This document shows positions 53,205 to 62,795 of a stretch of DNA of 64,000 nucleotides, piece by piece. The first letter of the stretch is position 1; every line of letters begins with the position of its first letter. The notes beneath the pieces are model-generated. The model made no database searches and had not been told where the DNA came from. It worked only from the letters and a program-made list of their open reading frames with translations. This DNA is from Paracoccaceae bacterium (GTDB taxonomy: Bacteria; Pseudomonadota; Alphaproteobacteria; Rhodobacterales; Rhodobacteraceae): contig JACVZW010000071.1 of the NCBI GenBank assembly GCA_014654775.1, forward strand, positions 58,465-122,464. The letters run 5' to 3'. Made by a program: the position numbers and the translations under genes.

Positions 53205-56200
53205 TCTGCTTCTCCCCTTCCTTGTCATAGAAGACGGGGTCCACGACCCGGGCCTTCACCGTGCCGCCCTTCACCGTGTTGAACTCCACCACATCGCCCA
53301 TCCGCTCGGGTCCGCGATGCAAAAGGCCCATCGCAATGCCTTTCTTCAGCGTCGGAGAGTAATAGGTCGACGTCACGCGGCCTTGGGTGTTCCCCTGCCC
53401 GTTCGCATTCGCTCCCGACGCAACGATATAGGCCCCGTCCGGGATCACAGACCCGTCCAGCGTCTCAAACCCCACAAGCTTCCAACGTTCCCCGCTCGCA
53501 AGGAAATTCCTCTGCTGGCCGCGCTTGCCAAGGAAATCCGCCTTCTTCTTCGAAATCGCCCAATCAAGCCCAAGGTCCTGCGGGATGACCGTCCCGTCCG
53601 TTTCATCCCCGATCATGATAAAGCCCTTCTCGGCCCGCATCACATGCAGCGCCTCAGTGCCGTAGGGCATTACCCCAAACTCGGCCCCCGCCGCATGCAG
53701 CGCCTCCCAGAAGGCCGCGCCATGGCTTGCAGGCACCGCGATCTCGTAAGACAACTCGCCCGAGAATGAGATGCGGTAGACGCGGCACGGGAACCCGCCC
53801 AGCGTGCCATCGGCCCAAGCCATGAAGGGCAGCGCCTCTTTCGAGACATCCATCCCGCCCAGTTTCTCCAGCAGCTTCCGCGCATTGGGACCGACGACCG
53901 CGACCTGCGCATACTGCTCGGTCACATTCGCGGTGTAGACCTGCCAATCCCACCATTCGCACTGCAGCCAGTCTTCCATCCACGCATGGATGCGGTCCGC
54001 CCCGCCCGAGGTGGTGTGGCAGAGCCACGTCTCCTCGTCGATCCGCGCCACCACACCGTCGTCAGACAGGAAGCCCTGCTCGTTGCACATCAACCCATAA
54101 CGGCATTTGCCCACCGGCAGGGTGGACATCACGCCTGTGTAAAGCATGTCGAGGAATTTCCCCGCATCCGGCCCCTTCACGATGATCTTGCCAAGGGTGG
54201 AGGCATCCAGCAGCCCAAGCGCCGTGCGGGTGTTGACCACCTCACGGTGCACCGCCTGCTCATGCGTCTCGCCCGCCCGGGGGAAGCAATAGGGGCGGCG
54301 CCACAGACCCACGGGTTCGAAATAGGCGCCGTTCTTTTCGTGCCAGCCATGCATCGGCGTGCGGCGCAGCGGCTGGAAGATCTCCCCGCGCGCCTCGCCC
54401 GCCAGCGCGCCCAGTGTGACGGGCGTGTAAGGCGGACGGAACGTCGTCGTGCCGACCTGCGGAATATCCTCGTTCAATGCCTGAGCAAGCACCGCCAGGC
54501 CATTGATATTGGACAGCTTCCCCTGATCCGTCGCCATGCCAAGCGTGGTGTAGCGCTTGGTGTGTTCGACCGATTCATAGCCTTCACGCGCGGCCAGTTG
54601 CACATCACTGACCTTCACGTCGTTCTGGTAATCCAGCCACATCTTGGACTTCAGCTCGATGGATGCCCCCTGCGGCATGATCCAGACCGCTTCCATCGGG
54701 CCTTCGACCACCGCCTCGGCCAACGGGGCTTTGGCCTTCTTCGGCTTCATCCCAAGGGCCGCCACCGCCGCCTCGGCCTGCGCCGTGGCGTCCAGCAGCG
54801 CCGCATCGGCCGTCATCGCGCCATTGGCGGCACCTGCCGCCACCACCAGCGCACCGCCGTCATGGTTCAGCGGAGGCCGTGCCGGATCAGGGCGGAAACA
54901 GGCATGCTCCATGTCCCAGATCAACTTGCCGCCGCAATGGCTCCACAGATGCACGACAGGCGACCAGCCGCCCGACATGGCGACGGCGTCGCAGGCGATC
55001 TCATCGATCACCGCGCCCTCGCCCGCCTGCAGGCAGATCGCGACAGAGGTGACCCGCTTGCCGCCCTTCACCTTGGCGATCCCGCGCCCGGCCTCGATCC
55101 GCAGCCCCAGCGCCCGTGCGCGTGCCACCAGATCACCCGCCGGACTGGCCCGCGCATCCACGATGGCAGGCACCGCCAGCCCCGCCTCACGCAGCGCGAT
55201 GGCCGTGCGATAGCCGTCATCGTTGTTCGTCACCACGACCGTACGATCGCCCGGCGACACGGCCCAGTTCACCACATAGTCCCGCACAGAGGCCGCAAGC
55301 ATCACGCCCGGAATGTCATTTCCCGCGAAAGACAAAGGCCGCTCGATCGCCCCGGTCGCCGTCAGGATCTTGCCCGCCCGGATGCGCCACAGCCGATGCT
55401 TGGGCCGCCCGTCCCCCGGCGCGTGATCCGCCACCTTCTCATCCGCCAACACATAGCCGTGGTCATAGACGCCCGCCGCCATGCAGCGCGCACGCAGGGT
55501 GACGGTCTCCATCCCCTCCAGCGCTGCGACAGCCTCGTCCACCCACTGCCCCGCAGGTTTGCCGTCGATCACATCGCCATCGACCGGCGCGCGCCCGCCC
55601 CAATGTGCGTTCTGCTCCAGAACCAGAACCCGCGCCCCGGCCCGCCCCGCGACCAACGCCGCCTGCAGTCCCGCAATTCCGCCCCCCACGACCAGCAGGT
55701 CGCAGAAGGCATAGGCCTGTTCATACCGATCCGCATCGCGGTCCTTCGGTGCCTTGCCCAGTCCGGCAGATTGCCGGATCACCGGTTCGAAGACATGCTT
55801 CCAGAAGGACCGGGGATGGATGAAGGTCTTGTAATAGAACCCCGCCGGAAGGAAGCGGGACACGTAGTTGTTCACCACCCCAACGTCGTATTCCAGACTT
55901 GGCCAATGGTTCTGGCTCGTCGCCTCCAGACCGTCGAACAACTCCGTCACCGTCGTGCGCTGGTTCGGCTCCAGCCGCCCCCCCGACCCGAGGTTGACGA
56001 GCGCATTGGGTTCTTCCGGCCCCGCAGCCACGATGCCGCGCGGGCGGTGATACTTGAAGGAACGCCCCACCAACATCTGGTCATTGGCCAACAGCGCCGC
56101 CGCCAGCGTATCGCCGCGATAGCCCTTCAACCGCTTGCCATTGAAGGAAAACTCCAGCGCCGCCGCCCGGTCGATCAGGCGGCCCCCTTTCGCAAGACGG

Positions 56201-56208
56201 GTGCTCAT
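53197..56208 (-). CDS. soxA: Sarcosine oxidase alpha subunit
   Basis: 1003 aa. N-terminal 2Fe-2S-like/FAD-NAD region (DLLVVGGGIAGL) and a C-terminal GcvT-like folate-binding domain. Start at ATG 56208, with an ATGA overlap with soxD. Confidence 0.92.
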   Translation of the reverse strand: MSTRLAKGGRLIDRAAALEFSFNGKRLKGYRGDTLAAALLANDQMLVGRSFKYHRPRGIVAAGPEEPNALVNLGSGGRLEPNQRTTVTELFDGLEATSQNHWPSLEYDVGVVNNYVSRFLPAGFYYKTFIHPRSFWKHVFEPVIRQSAGLGKAPKDRDADRYEQAYAFCDLLVVGGGIAGLQAALVAGRAGARVLVLEQNAHWGGRAPVDGDVIDGKPAGQWVDEAVAALEGMETVTLRARCMAAGVYDHGYVLADEKVADHAPGDGRPKHRLWRIRAGKILTATGAIERPLSFAGNDIPGVMLAASVRDYVVNWAVSPGDRTVVVTNNDDGYRTAIALREAGLAVPAIVDARASPAGDLVARARALGLRIEAGRGIAKVKGGKRVTSVAICLQAGEGAVIDEIACDAVAMSGGWSPVVHLWSHCGGKLIWDMEHACFRPDPARPPLNHDGGALVVAAGAANGAMTADAALLDATAQAEAAVAALGMKPKKAKAPLAEAVVEGPMEAVWIMPQGASIELKSKMWLDYQNDVKVSDVQLAAREGYESVEHTKRYTTLGMATDQGKLSNINGLAVLAQALNEDIPQVGTTTFRPPYTPVTLGALAGEARGEIFQPLRRTPMHGWHEKNGAYFEPVGLWRRPYCFPRAGETHEQAVHREVVNTRTALGLLDASTLGKIIVKGPDAGKFLDMLYTGVMSTLPVGKCRYGLMCNEQGFLSDDGVVARIDEETWLCHTTSGGADRIHAWMEDWLQCEWWDWQVYTANVTEQYAQVAVVGPNARKLLEKLGGMDVSKEALPFMAWADGTLGGFPCRVYRISFSGELSYEIAVPASHGAAFWEALHAAGAEFGVMPYGTEALHVMRAEKGFIMIGDETDGTVIPQDLGLDWAISKKKADFLGKRGQQRNFLASGERWKLVGFETLDGSVIPDGAYIVASGANANGQGNTQGRVTSTYYSPTLKKGIAMGLLHRGPERMGDVVEFNTVKGGTVKARVVDPVFYDKEGEKQNV

Positions 56209-56528
56209 TTGTAACCCTTCCAGTCCGGCCTGCGGGCCTTGATCTTCTCGATGATGTCGGCGGGTGGCTCGCCCACTTGCGCCGGATAGGTGCCAAAGAC
56301 CTCCAGCGTCGCGGTGCAGCGCGCGGCAAGGAACCACTTCCCGCAGCCGTACGTGTGCCGCCAGCGTTCGAAATGCACGCCCTTGGGGTTCTTGCGGGCG
56401 AACATATAGGCTTCGAACTCCTCATCCGTGGACCCCGGCCCGAACCGCTTCAGATGCGCCTCATAGCCGGGCGACAGTTCCGTCTCCTCGGCCTTCACGC
56501 CGCAATAGGGACATTCAAGAAGCAGCAT
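56205..56528 (-). CDS. soxD: Sarcosine oxidase delta subunit
   Basis: MLLLECPYCG zinc-ribbon start, about 107 aa. Confidence 0.9.
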   Translation of the reverse strand: MLLLECPYCGVKAEETELSPGYEAHLKRFGPGSTDEEFEAYMFARKNPKGVHFERWRHTYGCGKWFLAARCTATLEVFGTYPAQVGEPPADIIEKIKARRPDWKGYK

Positions 56529-56557
56529 GTTGCACCCCGTTTCCATTCTCGCGCCCC

Positions 56558-56617
56558 CGAAAAATCTTCGAACGAAGATTTTTCGCCTTCGAAGAATTTT
56601 CGTACGAAAACTCTTCG
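56558..56617. repeat. Repeat family B, copy B3
   Basis: CGAAAAATCTTCGAACGAAGATTTTTCG differs by 1 nt from the B2 palindrome. It is followed by CCTTCGAAGAATTTTCGTACGAAAACTCTTCG and lies between the soxB stop and the soxD start. Confidence 0.8.
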
Positions 56618-56633
56618 TTCCCGCACCGCCCCA

Positions 56634-57881
56634 TCAATGCGCCACCCCGGCGGCCACCGACTCGTCGATGAACCGCCCTTCCTTGAAGCGCCACATGTCG
56701 AATTCCGCAGCCAGCGGCCCCGGCTCGCCCTTCGCCATGAGTTCGGCCATCGCCCAGCCGGACCCGGGGATCGCCTTGAACCCGCCCGTCCCCCAGCCGC
56801 AGTTGATGAAGCAGTTCCCCAGCGGGGTTTTCGAGATGATGGGCGACCGGTCCCCGGTCATGTCCACGATCCCGCCCCACTGCCGCAGCATCTTGAGGCG
56901 GCTGATGATCGGGAAGGTCTCGATCAGCGCACGCAGCGTTTCCTCGATATGGTGGAAGCTGCCGCGCTGGGTGTAGTTGTTGAAGCCGTCCGTGCCGCCG
57001 CCGATGACCATTTCGCCCTTGTCGGACTGGCTCATGTAGCCATGCACGGTGTTGGCCATCACCACGATGTCCATGCAGGGCTTGATCGGCTCCGACACCA
57101 AAGCCTGCAGCGCCACCGCCTCGACCGGCAGGCGGAACCCCGCCATTTCGGCCAGTTGCCCGGAATGCCCCGCCACCACGATGCCCAACTTGCGGCAACC
57201 GATGAAGCCCTTGCTCGTCTCGACCCCGGTCACCTTGCCGTTTTCCGACCGGACGCCCTTCACCTCGCATTGCTGGATGACATCCATGCCCATCTCGGAA
57301 CAGGCCCGCGCATAGCCCCAAGCCACCGCATCATGCCGCCCCGTGCCGCCCCGCGCCTGCCACAGCGCCCCCAACACCGGATAGCGCGGCCCGTCGATAT
57401 TCAGGATCGGGCACAGCTCCTTCACCCGCTGCGGCGTGATGAATTCGGTCTGCACCCCTTGCAGCGCATTGGCATGGGCCGTCCGCAGATAGCCCCGCAC
57501 CTCGTGATGTGTCTGCGCCAGCATCATCACGCCGCGCGGGCTGAACATCACGTTGTAGTTCAGGTCCTGACTCAGCGTCTCATAGAGCGACCGCGACTTC
57601 TCATAGATCGCGGCGCTCGAGTCCTGCAGATAGTTCGACCGGATGATCGTGGTGTTCCGGCCCGTGTTGCCGCCACCCAGCCACCCCTTTTCGATGATCG
57701 CCACATTGCGAATGCCGTGGTTCTTGCCAAGGTAATAGGCCGTCGCCAGCCCATGCCCGCCCGCCCCCACGATGATGGCGTCATATTCCTTCTTCGGCTC
57801 GGGCGATTTCCACGCCCGTTCCCACCCGGTGTGGTGCCGCAGTGCCTCGCGCGCGATAGCGAAAACCGAATAGCGTTTCAT
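56634..57881 (-). CDS. soxB: Sarcosine oxidase beta subunit
   Basis: YDAIIVGAGGHGLATAYYL FAD fold, 415 aa. Start at ATG 57881. Confidence 0.92.
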   Translation of the reverse strand: MKRYSVFAIAREALRHHTGWERAWKSPEPKKEYDAIIVGAGGHGLATAYYLGKNHGIRNVAIIEKGWLGGGNTGRNTTIIRSNYLQDSSAAIYEKSRSLYETLSQDLNYNVMFSPRGVMMLAQTHHEVRGYLRTAHANALQGVQTEFITPQRVKELCPILNIDGPRYPVLGALWQARGGTGRHDAVAWGYARACSEMGMDVIQQCEVKGVRSENGKVTGVETSKGFIGCRKLGIVVAGHSGQLAEMAGFRLPVEAVALQALVSEPIKPCMDIVVMANTVHGYMSQSDKGEMVIGGGTDGFNNYTQRGSFHHIEETLRALIETFPIISRLKMLRQWGGIVDMTGDRSPIISKTPLGNCFINCGWGTGGFKAIPGSGWAMAELMAKGEPGPLAAEFDMWRFKEGRFIDESVAAGVAH

Positions 57882-58092
57882 GGCAAACCCCCGATCCTGC
57901 GGCCCGCTGCGAACCTGCGCCTCTTCTGGAACGCCCCGCCCTTTATGCCCCACCCTCCAGCGGCACAATCGGGAAAAATGCGACATCCCCCGCCTGCGAC
58001 GGCGTCGCACAGGTCACTTTCGCGTTTCCTCCTTTCGATTGCGCGCCCAAGCCGTTACATCCGCTGCAAATGCTGGACACGGGATAGACGCG

Positions 58093-59316
58093 ATGGAGAC
58101 AGCCGCTTTCTGGGCCGCCGCAGGTGGGATCGGCCTTGCCGTTGCCGCACTGTTCCTGCTGGCGTTGCGCCGGGCGCGGGCCGAGATCGCCGCCGCCGCC
58201 GATTTCGACCTCAAGGTCTATCGCGACCAGTTGGCCGAGATCGACCGCGATCTTGCCCGCGGCACCCTTCCACCGGACGAGGCGGATCGTCTGCGCACCG
58301 AAGTCTCGCGCCGCCTGCTCGATGCCGACCGCCATGCGCAATCGGCCAGCCGACAGGCCAGCACCGGCGGCATCGCCCTCGCCGCCGTCATCATCCTCGC
58401 CCTCATCGGCAGCAGCTACTGGGTCTATTTGCGTCTCGGCGCACCGGGCTATCCTGACCTGCCGCTCGCCACCCGTTTCGCCATGTCCGAAGAGATGCGC
58501 GCCAACCGGCCCAGCCAAGTGGAGATGGAGGGAGAGGCGGCCGCCACCCTCCCCGCCCCGATCGAACCGGACGCCGATTTCGCCGTGCTGATGGATCGCC
58601 TGCGGCAGGCCGTGGCCGACCGTCCCGACGATGCGCGCGGGTTAGAGCTTCTTGCCTCCAACGAAGCCCGCCTCGGCAATCTCACCGCCGCCCGCGAGGC
58701 CATGCAGGCCCTCATCCGCGTCAAGGGCGAAACCGCCACCGCCGCCGACCATGCCGCGCTGGCGGAACTGATGATCATGGCTGCAGGCGGCAGCGTCTCG
58801 CCCGAGGCCGAAGCCGAACTGACCCGCGCCCTGACGCTCGACGCCCGTAACGCCACGGCCCGCTACTACTATGGCCTGATGGCCGCACAGGTGGGCCGCT
58901 TCGACCGCACCTTCGCCCTCTGGCGTCCCCTTCTGGACGAAGGCCCTGCAGATGCCCCTTGGATCGCGCCGATCCGCGCCCAGATCGAGGATGTCGCAAT
59001 GCGCGCAGGCGTCCAGTACAGCCTTCCCGAAGCCGTTGCCGGCCCGGACGGCGCCGCCGTCGCGGCCGCCGAGGACATGTCGCCCGAAGATCGGCAGGCC
59101 ATGATCGAAGGCATGGTTGCCCAGCTCGGGCAGCGCCTCGCCACCGAAGGCGGCACGGTCGAGGAATGGGCGCGGCTGATCTCCTCCCTCTCCGTCCTCA
59201 ACCGCAAGGACGAGGCGCAGGAAATCTATGCCGAGGCGCTGACGCGCTTCGAAGGCTCCCCCTCGCAGCAAAGTTTCCTACGTGAACAGGCCCTCAACGC
59301 GGGCCTGACCCCGTGA
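58093..59316 (+). CDS. ccmI: c-type cytochrome biogenesis protein CcmI (CycH)
   Basis: Two N-terminal TM helices flank [15 protein letters not shown]; a TPR-like C-terminal domain follows. Start at ATG 58093. Confidence 0.8.
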   Translation: METAAFWAAAGGIGLAVAALFLLALRRARAEIAAAADFDLKVYRDQLAEIDRDLARGTLPPDEADRLRTEVSRRLLDADRHAQSASRQASTGGIALAAVIILALIGSSYWVYLRLGAPGYPDLPLATRFAMSEEMRANRPSQVEMEGEAAATLPAPIEPDADFAVLMDRLRQAVADRPDDARGLELLASNEARLGNLTAAREAMQALIRVKGETATAADHAALAELMIMAAGGSVSPEAEAELTRALTLDARNATARYYYGLMAAQVGRFDRTFALWRPLLDEGPADAPWIAPIRAQIEDVAMRAGVQYSLPEAVAGPDGAAVAAAEDMSPEDRQAMIEGMVAQLGQRLATEGGTVEEWARLISSLSVLNRKDEAQEIYAEALTRFEGSPSQQSFLREQALNAGLTP

Positions 59317-59795
59317 TCTGCGCCACGCTGGAAGAGTTTCTCGCCGCTCTGCCGCCCAACCGCGCTATCTGCGGGCTCGACTTCGGCGACAAGACGATCG
59401 GCATCGCCATCTCCGACTTGCGCCGCATGGTGGCCACCCCGTCAGAAACCCTGCGCCGGGTGAAGTTCACCGAAGACGCCACGCGGCTGCTTGCGCTTCT
59501 GGCCGCGCGCGACGTGCGGGGCATCATCCTCGGCCTGCCCCTCAACATGGACGGCTCCACCGGTCCCCGCGTGCAGGCGACACAGGCCTTCGCCCGCAAT
59601 CTCACCCGCTTGACCGACCTTCCCATCGCCTTCTGGGACGAACGCCTGTCCACCGTTGCGGCAGAAAGGGCACTGCTAGAGGCGGATACGTCGCGAAAAC
59701 GTCGGAAAGAGGTGATCGACGCTGTCGCCGCGGGCTATATCTTGCAGGGTGCCCTCGACCGGATGGGCCATATGGGAAACGGGGTGCCGTCTTGA
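59313..59795 (+). CDS. ruvX: Holliday junction resolvase-like protein RuvX (YqgF)
   Basis: [15 protein letters not shown]..., ..GLPLNMDGS..., WDERLST. GTG start overlaps the ccmI stop. Confidence 0.9.
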   Translation: MICATLEEFLAALPPNRAICGLDFGDKTIGIAISDLRRMVATPSETLRRVKFTEDATRLLALLAARDVRGIILGLPLNMDGSTGPRVQATQAFARNLTRLTDLPIAFWDERLSTVAAERALLEADTSRKRRKEVIDAVAAGYILQGALDRMGHMGNGVPS

Positions 59796-60022
59796 AAGAC
59801 GAAGTCTGGAAGCGCGACGAGGTTCAATCGCCTTGCATCAAGCTTTGCACCATCCATCCCGCCGAACGCATCTGCGTCGGCTGCTATCGCACGATCGAGG
59901 AAATCTCCGCCTGGTCCCGCCTCACGCATGAGGCGCGCGGTGCCATCATGGCCGAGCTTCCCTCCCGCGCCCCGCGCCTTGCAAAGCGGCGCGGTGGCCG
60001 CATGGGCCGCCTGCAGGACTGA
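59792..60022 (+). CDS. DUF1289 domain protein
   Basis: [29 protein letters not shown] matches the DUF1289 Cys pattern. The track start is TTG, so the true start is uncertain. Confidence 0.65.
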   Translation: MKDEVWKRDEVQSPCIKLCTIHPAERICVGCYRTIEEISAWSRLTHEARGAIMAELPSRAPRLAKRRGGRMGRLQD

Positions 60023-60035
60023 CGCCCGACCAGCG

Positions 60036-60186
60036 CCCCTGCCATCTTCTGTCTTCAAATATCCTCAGGGGGTGAATTGGCGCCCTTGCGCCAAGAGGGG
60101 GCGGAACGCCCCCTGAACGCGGAGCCGGAGCGCGGCACGCGCGCAGGCGACAGGAAAGGCTTGCGCGAAGCGCTCCGCCAGATCAC
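60036..60186 (+). repeat. Intergenic repeat family A, long form, copy A4
   Basis: Collinear with A3 over ~150 bp. Its right end overlaps the stop codon of the FrhB-like gene. Confidence 0.8.
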
Positions 60187-61430
60187 CGCCCGTCGCGCCG
60201 TTCCTCCTCCGTCGCCCGCTCCAAACCATAGGGCGCCACCAGCCGCCAGACATGATCCGGCACCATGGTCTTCACCCGCGCCGGGAAGGCCCGGCGCAGG
60301 TGCAGCACCGTTTCAATTGCTTTCATCTCCACCCGCGCCCGTGCGAATTCCAGCCCACGCGGCCCGATCCGCGGCTGCAGGAAGACCACGATGGGGCGCG
60401 CCCAATCCGGCATCGACCGCAGCGGCAGGCCACCCGCCGCCCGCGCCACATTGCCAAGGAACCCTTTTACTGCCCCCTGCCGCTTGCCCTTGTCCGTCAG
60501 GGGCCGCAGGGTCAGCCGATCCGCAAGCAGCGCCAGCATCTCCTCGCCCCGCGCATTGCGCGCGATCACCCATTGATCCCCATCGCCGCCCATATAGCCC
60601 ACGGTGATATCGGCCAGACGATTGGTGTAATCGACACAGGTCTTGCAGGTCATGGGAAAGAAATCCGCCGGAAGCTTTGACAGCGGCAGCTTCAGGAAGG
60701 GCACCGTCCGCGTCGCCCGCCCATCGTCATAGCGCAATTCCACCCGGTAATCGGCGCGGAATTCCAGATAGCTGATCCGGTCCGGGCGCGGGTCGATCTG
60801 GGCCAGGAAATGATGGAAATTCTCGGTCGTCGTGTTGTCCGAACAGGGCGTGCCAATGACATAAAGCCGCTCCAGCCCCAACTCCGCCTCCAGCACCCGC
60901 AGGGCATGGACTTGGCAAGGGATTCCCACCACCGCGATGCGCCGATGCCCCGCCGCCACGGCAGGCTCCAACAGCGCCAGCGTCGGCGCAAACCCCATCC
61001 GCATCCCCCGCACGCCCGCCAAGGCCGCCGGATCGGTCACGATCACTGGCAGGGGCTTCCAGCGGTCCTGCGGATCGGGGGCCGTCGCCAACACCGCCGT
61101 CACCGCGCCCGACTCCAGCAGCCGCGCCGCCAGCGCCGTGGTGATGCCCGTCCATTGCGCCCCCGGCAGGGGATCGGTCATCCGCGCCCGCAACATCCGC
61201 CGCGTCACGCCGAAAAATGCCTCCTCGCCCTGCCCCGGATCGGCCACGCGCCCATGCACCTCGGCTTCTCGCGCCGGATAGTCGGGCGCGATGAACTGGC
61301 AGGCCTTCCCGCAGGCCTTGCCATCCCCCATCCGCGACACACCGCAATCGGTGCAAAGCCCGGGCCGCGCCGCGCCCGTCAGGAAAGGGGCTTCAAGACC
61401 GGGATGTGCGGGAAAGGGGCCGTCGGGCAT
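60183..61430 (-). CDS. Coenzyme F420 hydrogenase/dehydrogenase beta-subunit (FrhB)-like Fe-S flavoprotein
   Basis: 415 aa with an N-terminal Cys cluster (CTDCG...C..AC), IGTPCQV and a TCKTCVDY context typical of the FrhB/HCAR-like family. Confidence 0.6.
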   Translation of the reverse strand: MPDGPFPAHPGLEAPFLTGAARPGLCTDCGVSRMGDGKACGKACQFIAPDYPAREAEVHGRVADPGQGEEAFFGVTRRMLRARMTDPLPGAQWTGITTALAARLLESGAVTAVLATAPDPQDRWKPLPVIVTDPAALAGVRGMRMGFAPTLALLEPAVAAGHRRIAVVGIPCQVHALRVLEAELGLERLYVIGTPCSDNTTTENFHHFLAQIDPRPDRISYLEFRADYRVELRYDDGRATRTVPFLKLPLSKLPADFFPMTCKTCVDYTNRLADITVGYMGGDGDQWVIARNARGEEMLALLADRLTLRPLTDKGKRQGAVKGFLGNVARAAGGLPLRSMPDWARPIVVFLQPRIGPRGLEFARARVEMKAIETVLHLRRAFPARVKTMVPDHVWRLVAPYGLERATEEERRDGR

Positions 61431-61506
61431 CTGCGCCTCGCTTCCGGGCCGGACTGGCCCTCAGCCCAAACCTACTGCGTGACAAGCAATCCGTCCAGCC
61501 AAGCTG

Positions 61507-62028
61507 TCAACTTTGCCTGACGGCGCGATCAGGTCCGGTTGCAGGCGGGCGATGCAGATCGGCGATCAGCCCGGGCAAATCCTCGGCCCAACTGTCCCGC
61601 CCGGTCAGCAGCGACACCGAATGCCGCGCGCTGTCGGCATTCAGCACCTGCAGGCCGGACAGCACCTCCTGCAGCGGCCGCCGCGACAGCAGCACATGCG
61701 CCTGTGCCAGAACCAGCAACCGGTGATGCACCGCCTGCCGAAGCCCGGCCCAAGCCGGTGCATCGGTCAGCCGCGTATAGGCCCAAAAGCGGATGGGAAA
61801 GGGATCGAAATCGCCCTGCAGAGTCCGGCTCCAGCCCGAAAGCCCGCCACAAGGATCGGCCGGATCCTCCAGCGGCTCCACACTTTGGATCACCACTTCG
61901 GACAGGCCCCCGATCCGCGCTGTGGAGATCATCGTCGCCCCCCGGCGTCGCGGGCGCGACCAATCCAGCGCGACATGCGGCGCCAAAAGCGAGGCAGCCA
62001 AGGTCACTCGGTCAAGCATGCGCGACAT
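61507..62028 (-). CDS. Hypothetical protein
   Basis: ATG 62028 is preceded by GGAGGG 8 nt upstream and lies downstream of the nrdJ terminator. 173 aa, no family recognised. More A/T-ending codons than the core genes. Confidence 0.4.
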   Translation of the reverse strand: MSRMLDRVTLAASLLAPHVALDWSRPRRRGATMISTARIGGLSEVVIQSVEPLEDPADPCGGLSGWSRTLQGDFDPFPIRFWAYTRLTDAPAWAGLRQAVHHRLLVLAQAHVLLSRRPLQEVLSGLQVLNADSARHSVSLLTGRDSWAEDLPGLIADLHRPPATGPDRAVRQS

Positions 62029-62132
62029 CAGGTCCGCCCTCCGGTCGCGGATATTCAGATCTATAGCGCATCCCGTTGCGCGGCACAGGATGGCAAGGCG
62101 GATTGGTGGCAGACCAAGGGATGCCGGAACGG

Positions 62133-62166
62133 AAAAGGGCGGCACCGTCCCCAGTGCCGCCCCTTT
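62133..62166 (-). terminator. Rho-independent terminator (ancestral nrdJ terminator, now serving the inserted cassette)
   Basis: Minus strand has GGGCGGCAC-tggggacg-GTGCCGCCC followed by TTTTCC, 24 nt after the displaced nrdJ stop codon. Confidence 0.7.
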
Positions 62167-62189
62167 CAAATCCATCCGTGCCGGCTGCC

Positions 62190-62240
62190 TCAGCTGCACC
62201 CGCTCGTCGCGCCGCAGGTGTTGCACTTCATGCAGGTGCC
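62190..62240 (-). pseudogene. Displaced 3' fragment of nrdJ (last 16 codons plus stop)
   Basis: Reads [19 protein letters not shown], against the functional end [19 protein letters not shown] at 62795-62845. No upstream reading frame is attached. Confidence 0.8.
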
Positions 62241-62241
62241 A
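62197..62241. repeat. Direct repeat, left copy (nrdJ 3' end duplication)
   Basis: 45 bp matching 62802-62846 with 2 mismatches. 31 bp are perfect (62211-62241 = 62816-62846). Confidence 0.9.
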
Positions 62242-62246
62242 AATGA

Positions 62247-62795
62247 TTAACCTAGCGCCAGTTCCGCAACTCGCCGCTTGACGGCTTTTTCAGTCACGAA
62301 GAAGAGCTTCGCAAGAGCCGACTGATCACCGGCCAGCCGCGAGAAAGCCGGCCTGAACTGGTTAGCGGGCATGAGAAGGGCAGTGGCGAATTGGTTGGCT
62401 TCTGATTCCATTATTTGATCACTTGGTTCCAAGTAAATGAAGGGATCCGTTGCGCTTTGGCTGTCTCGGTTGATACGACCGTCAAAAATGTCGCGTCCGG
62501 CCAAATGTGCCTTGTGCAGGACAAAATGACCAAGCTCGTGGGCGACCGTGAAGTTCTGAACCTCCGCACGGTCCTGTTGGTTAAGCTTCACGACCCAGCC
62601 AGAAGGCGAGCCGTAGCTTGGCGCATTTTGAAGATAACCCCGTTCGTACGGAAGCAAATCCTCCACCAGAACTTTCAGACCAAACTCACGTGCCAAAGAG
62701 ACAATATCTCCCTCCAGCGTTGCGCAGAAGTTCCGAAGTTTGTCCCTCTCCCAGTCACTGATGCGACCGTCCGCCTTGAAGGAATAGTCGGCCAT
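62247..62795 (-). CDS. ImmA/IrrE family (Peptidase_M78, COG2856) zinc metallopeptidase
   Basis: [15 protein letters not shown]...; HEXXH in FTVAHELGHFVLH and the downstream ESEANQFATALLMP motif. The ATG overlaps the nrdJ TAA (TAATG). The N-terminal extension in the track ORF is the nrdJ overlap. Confidence 0.85.
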   Translation of the reverse strand: MADYSFKADGRISDWERDKLRNFCATLEGDIVSLAREFGLKVLVEDLLPYERGYLQNAPSYGSPSGWVVKLNQQDRAEVQNFTVAHELGHFVLHKAHLAGRDIFDGRINRDSQSATDPFIYLEPSDQIMESEANQFATALLMPANQFRPAFSRLAGDQSALAKLFFVTEKAVKRRVAELALG

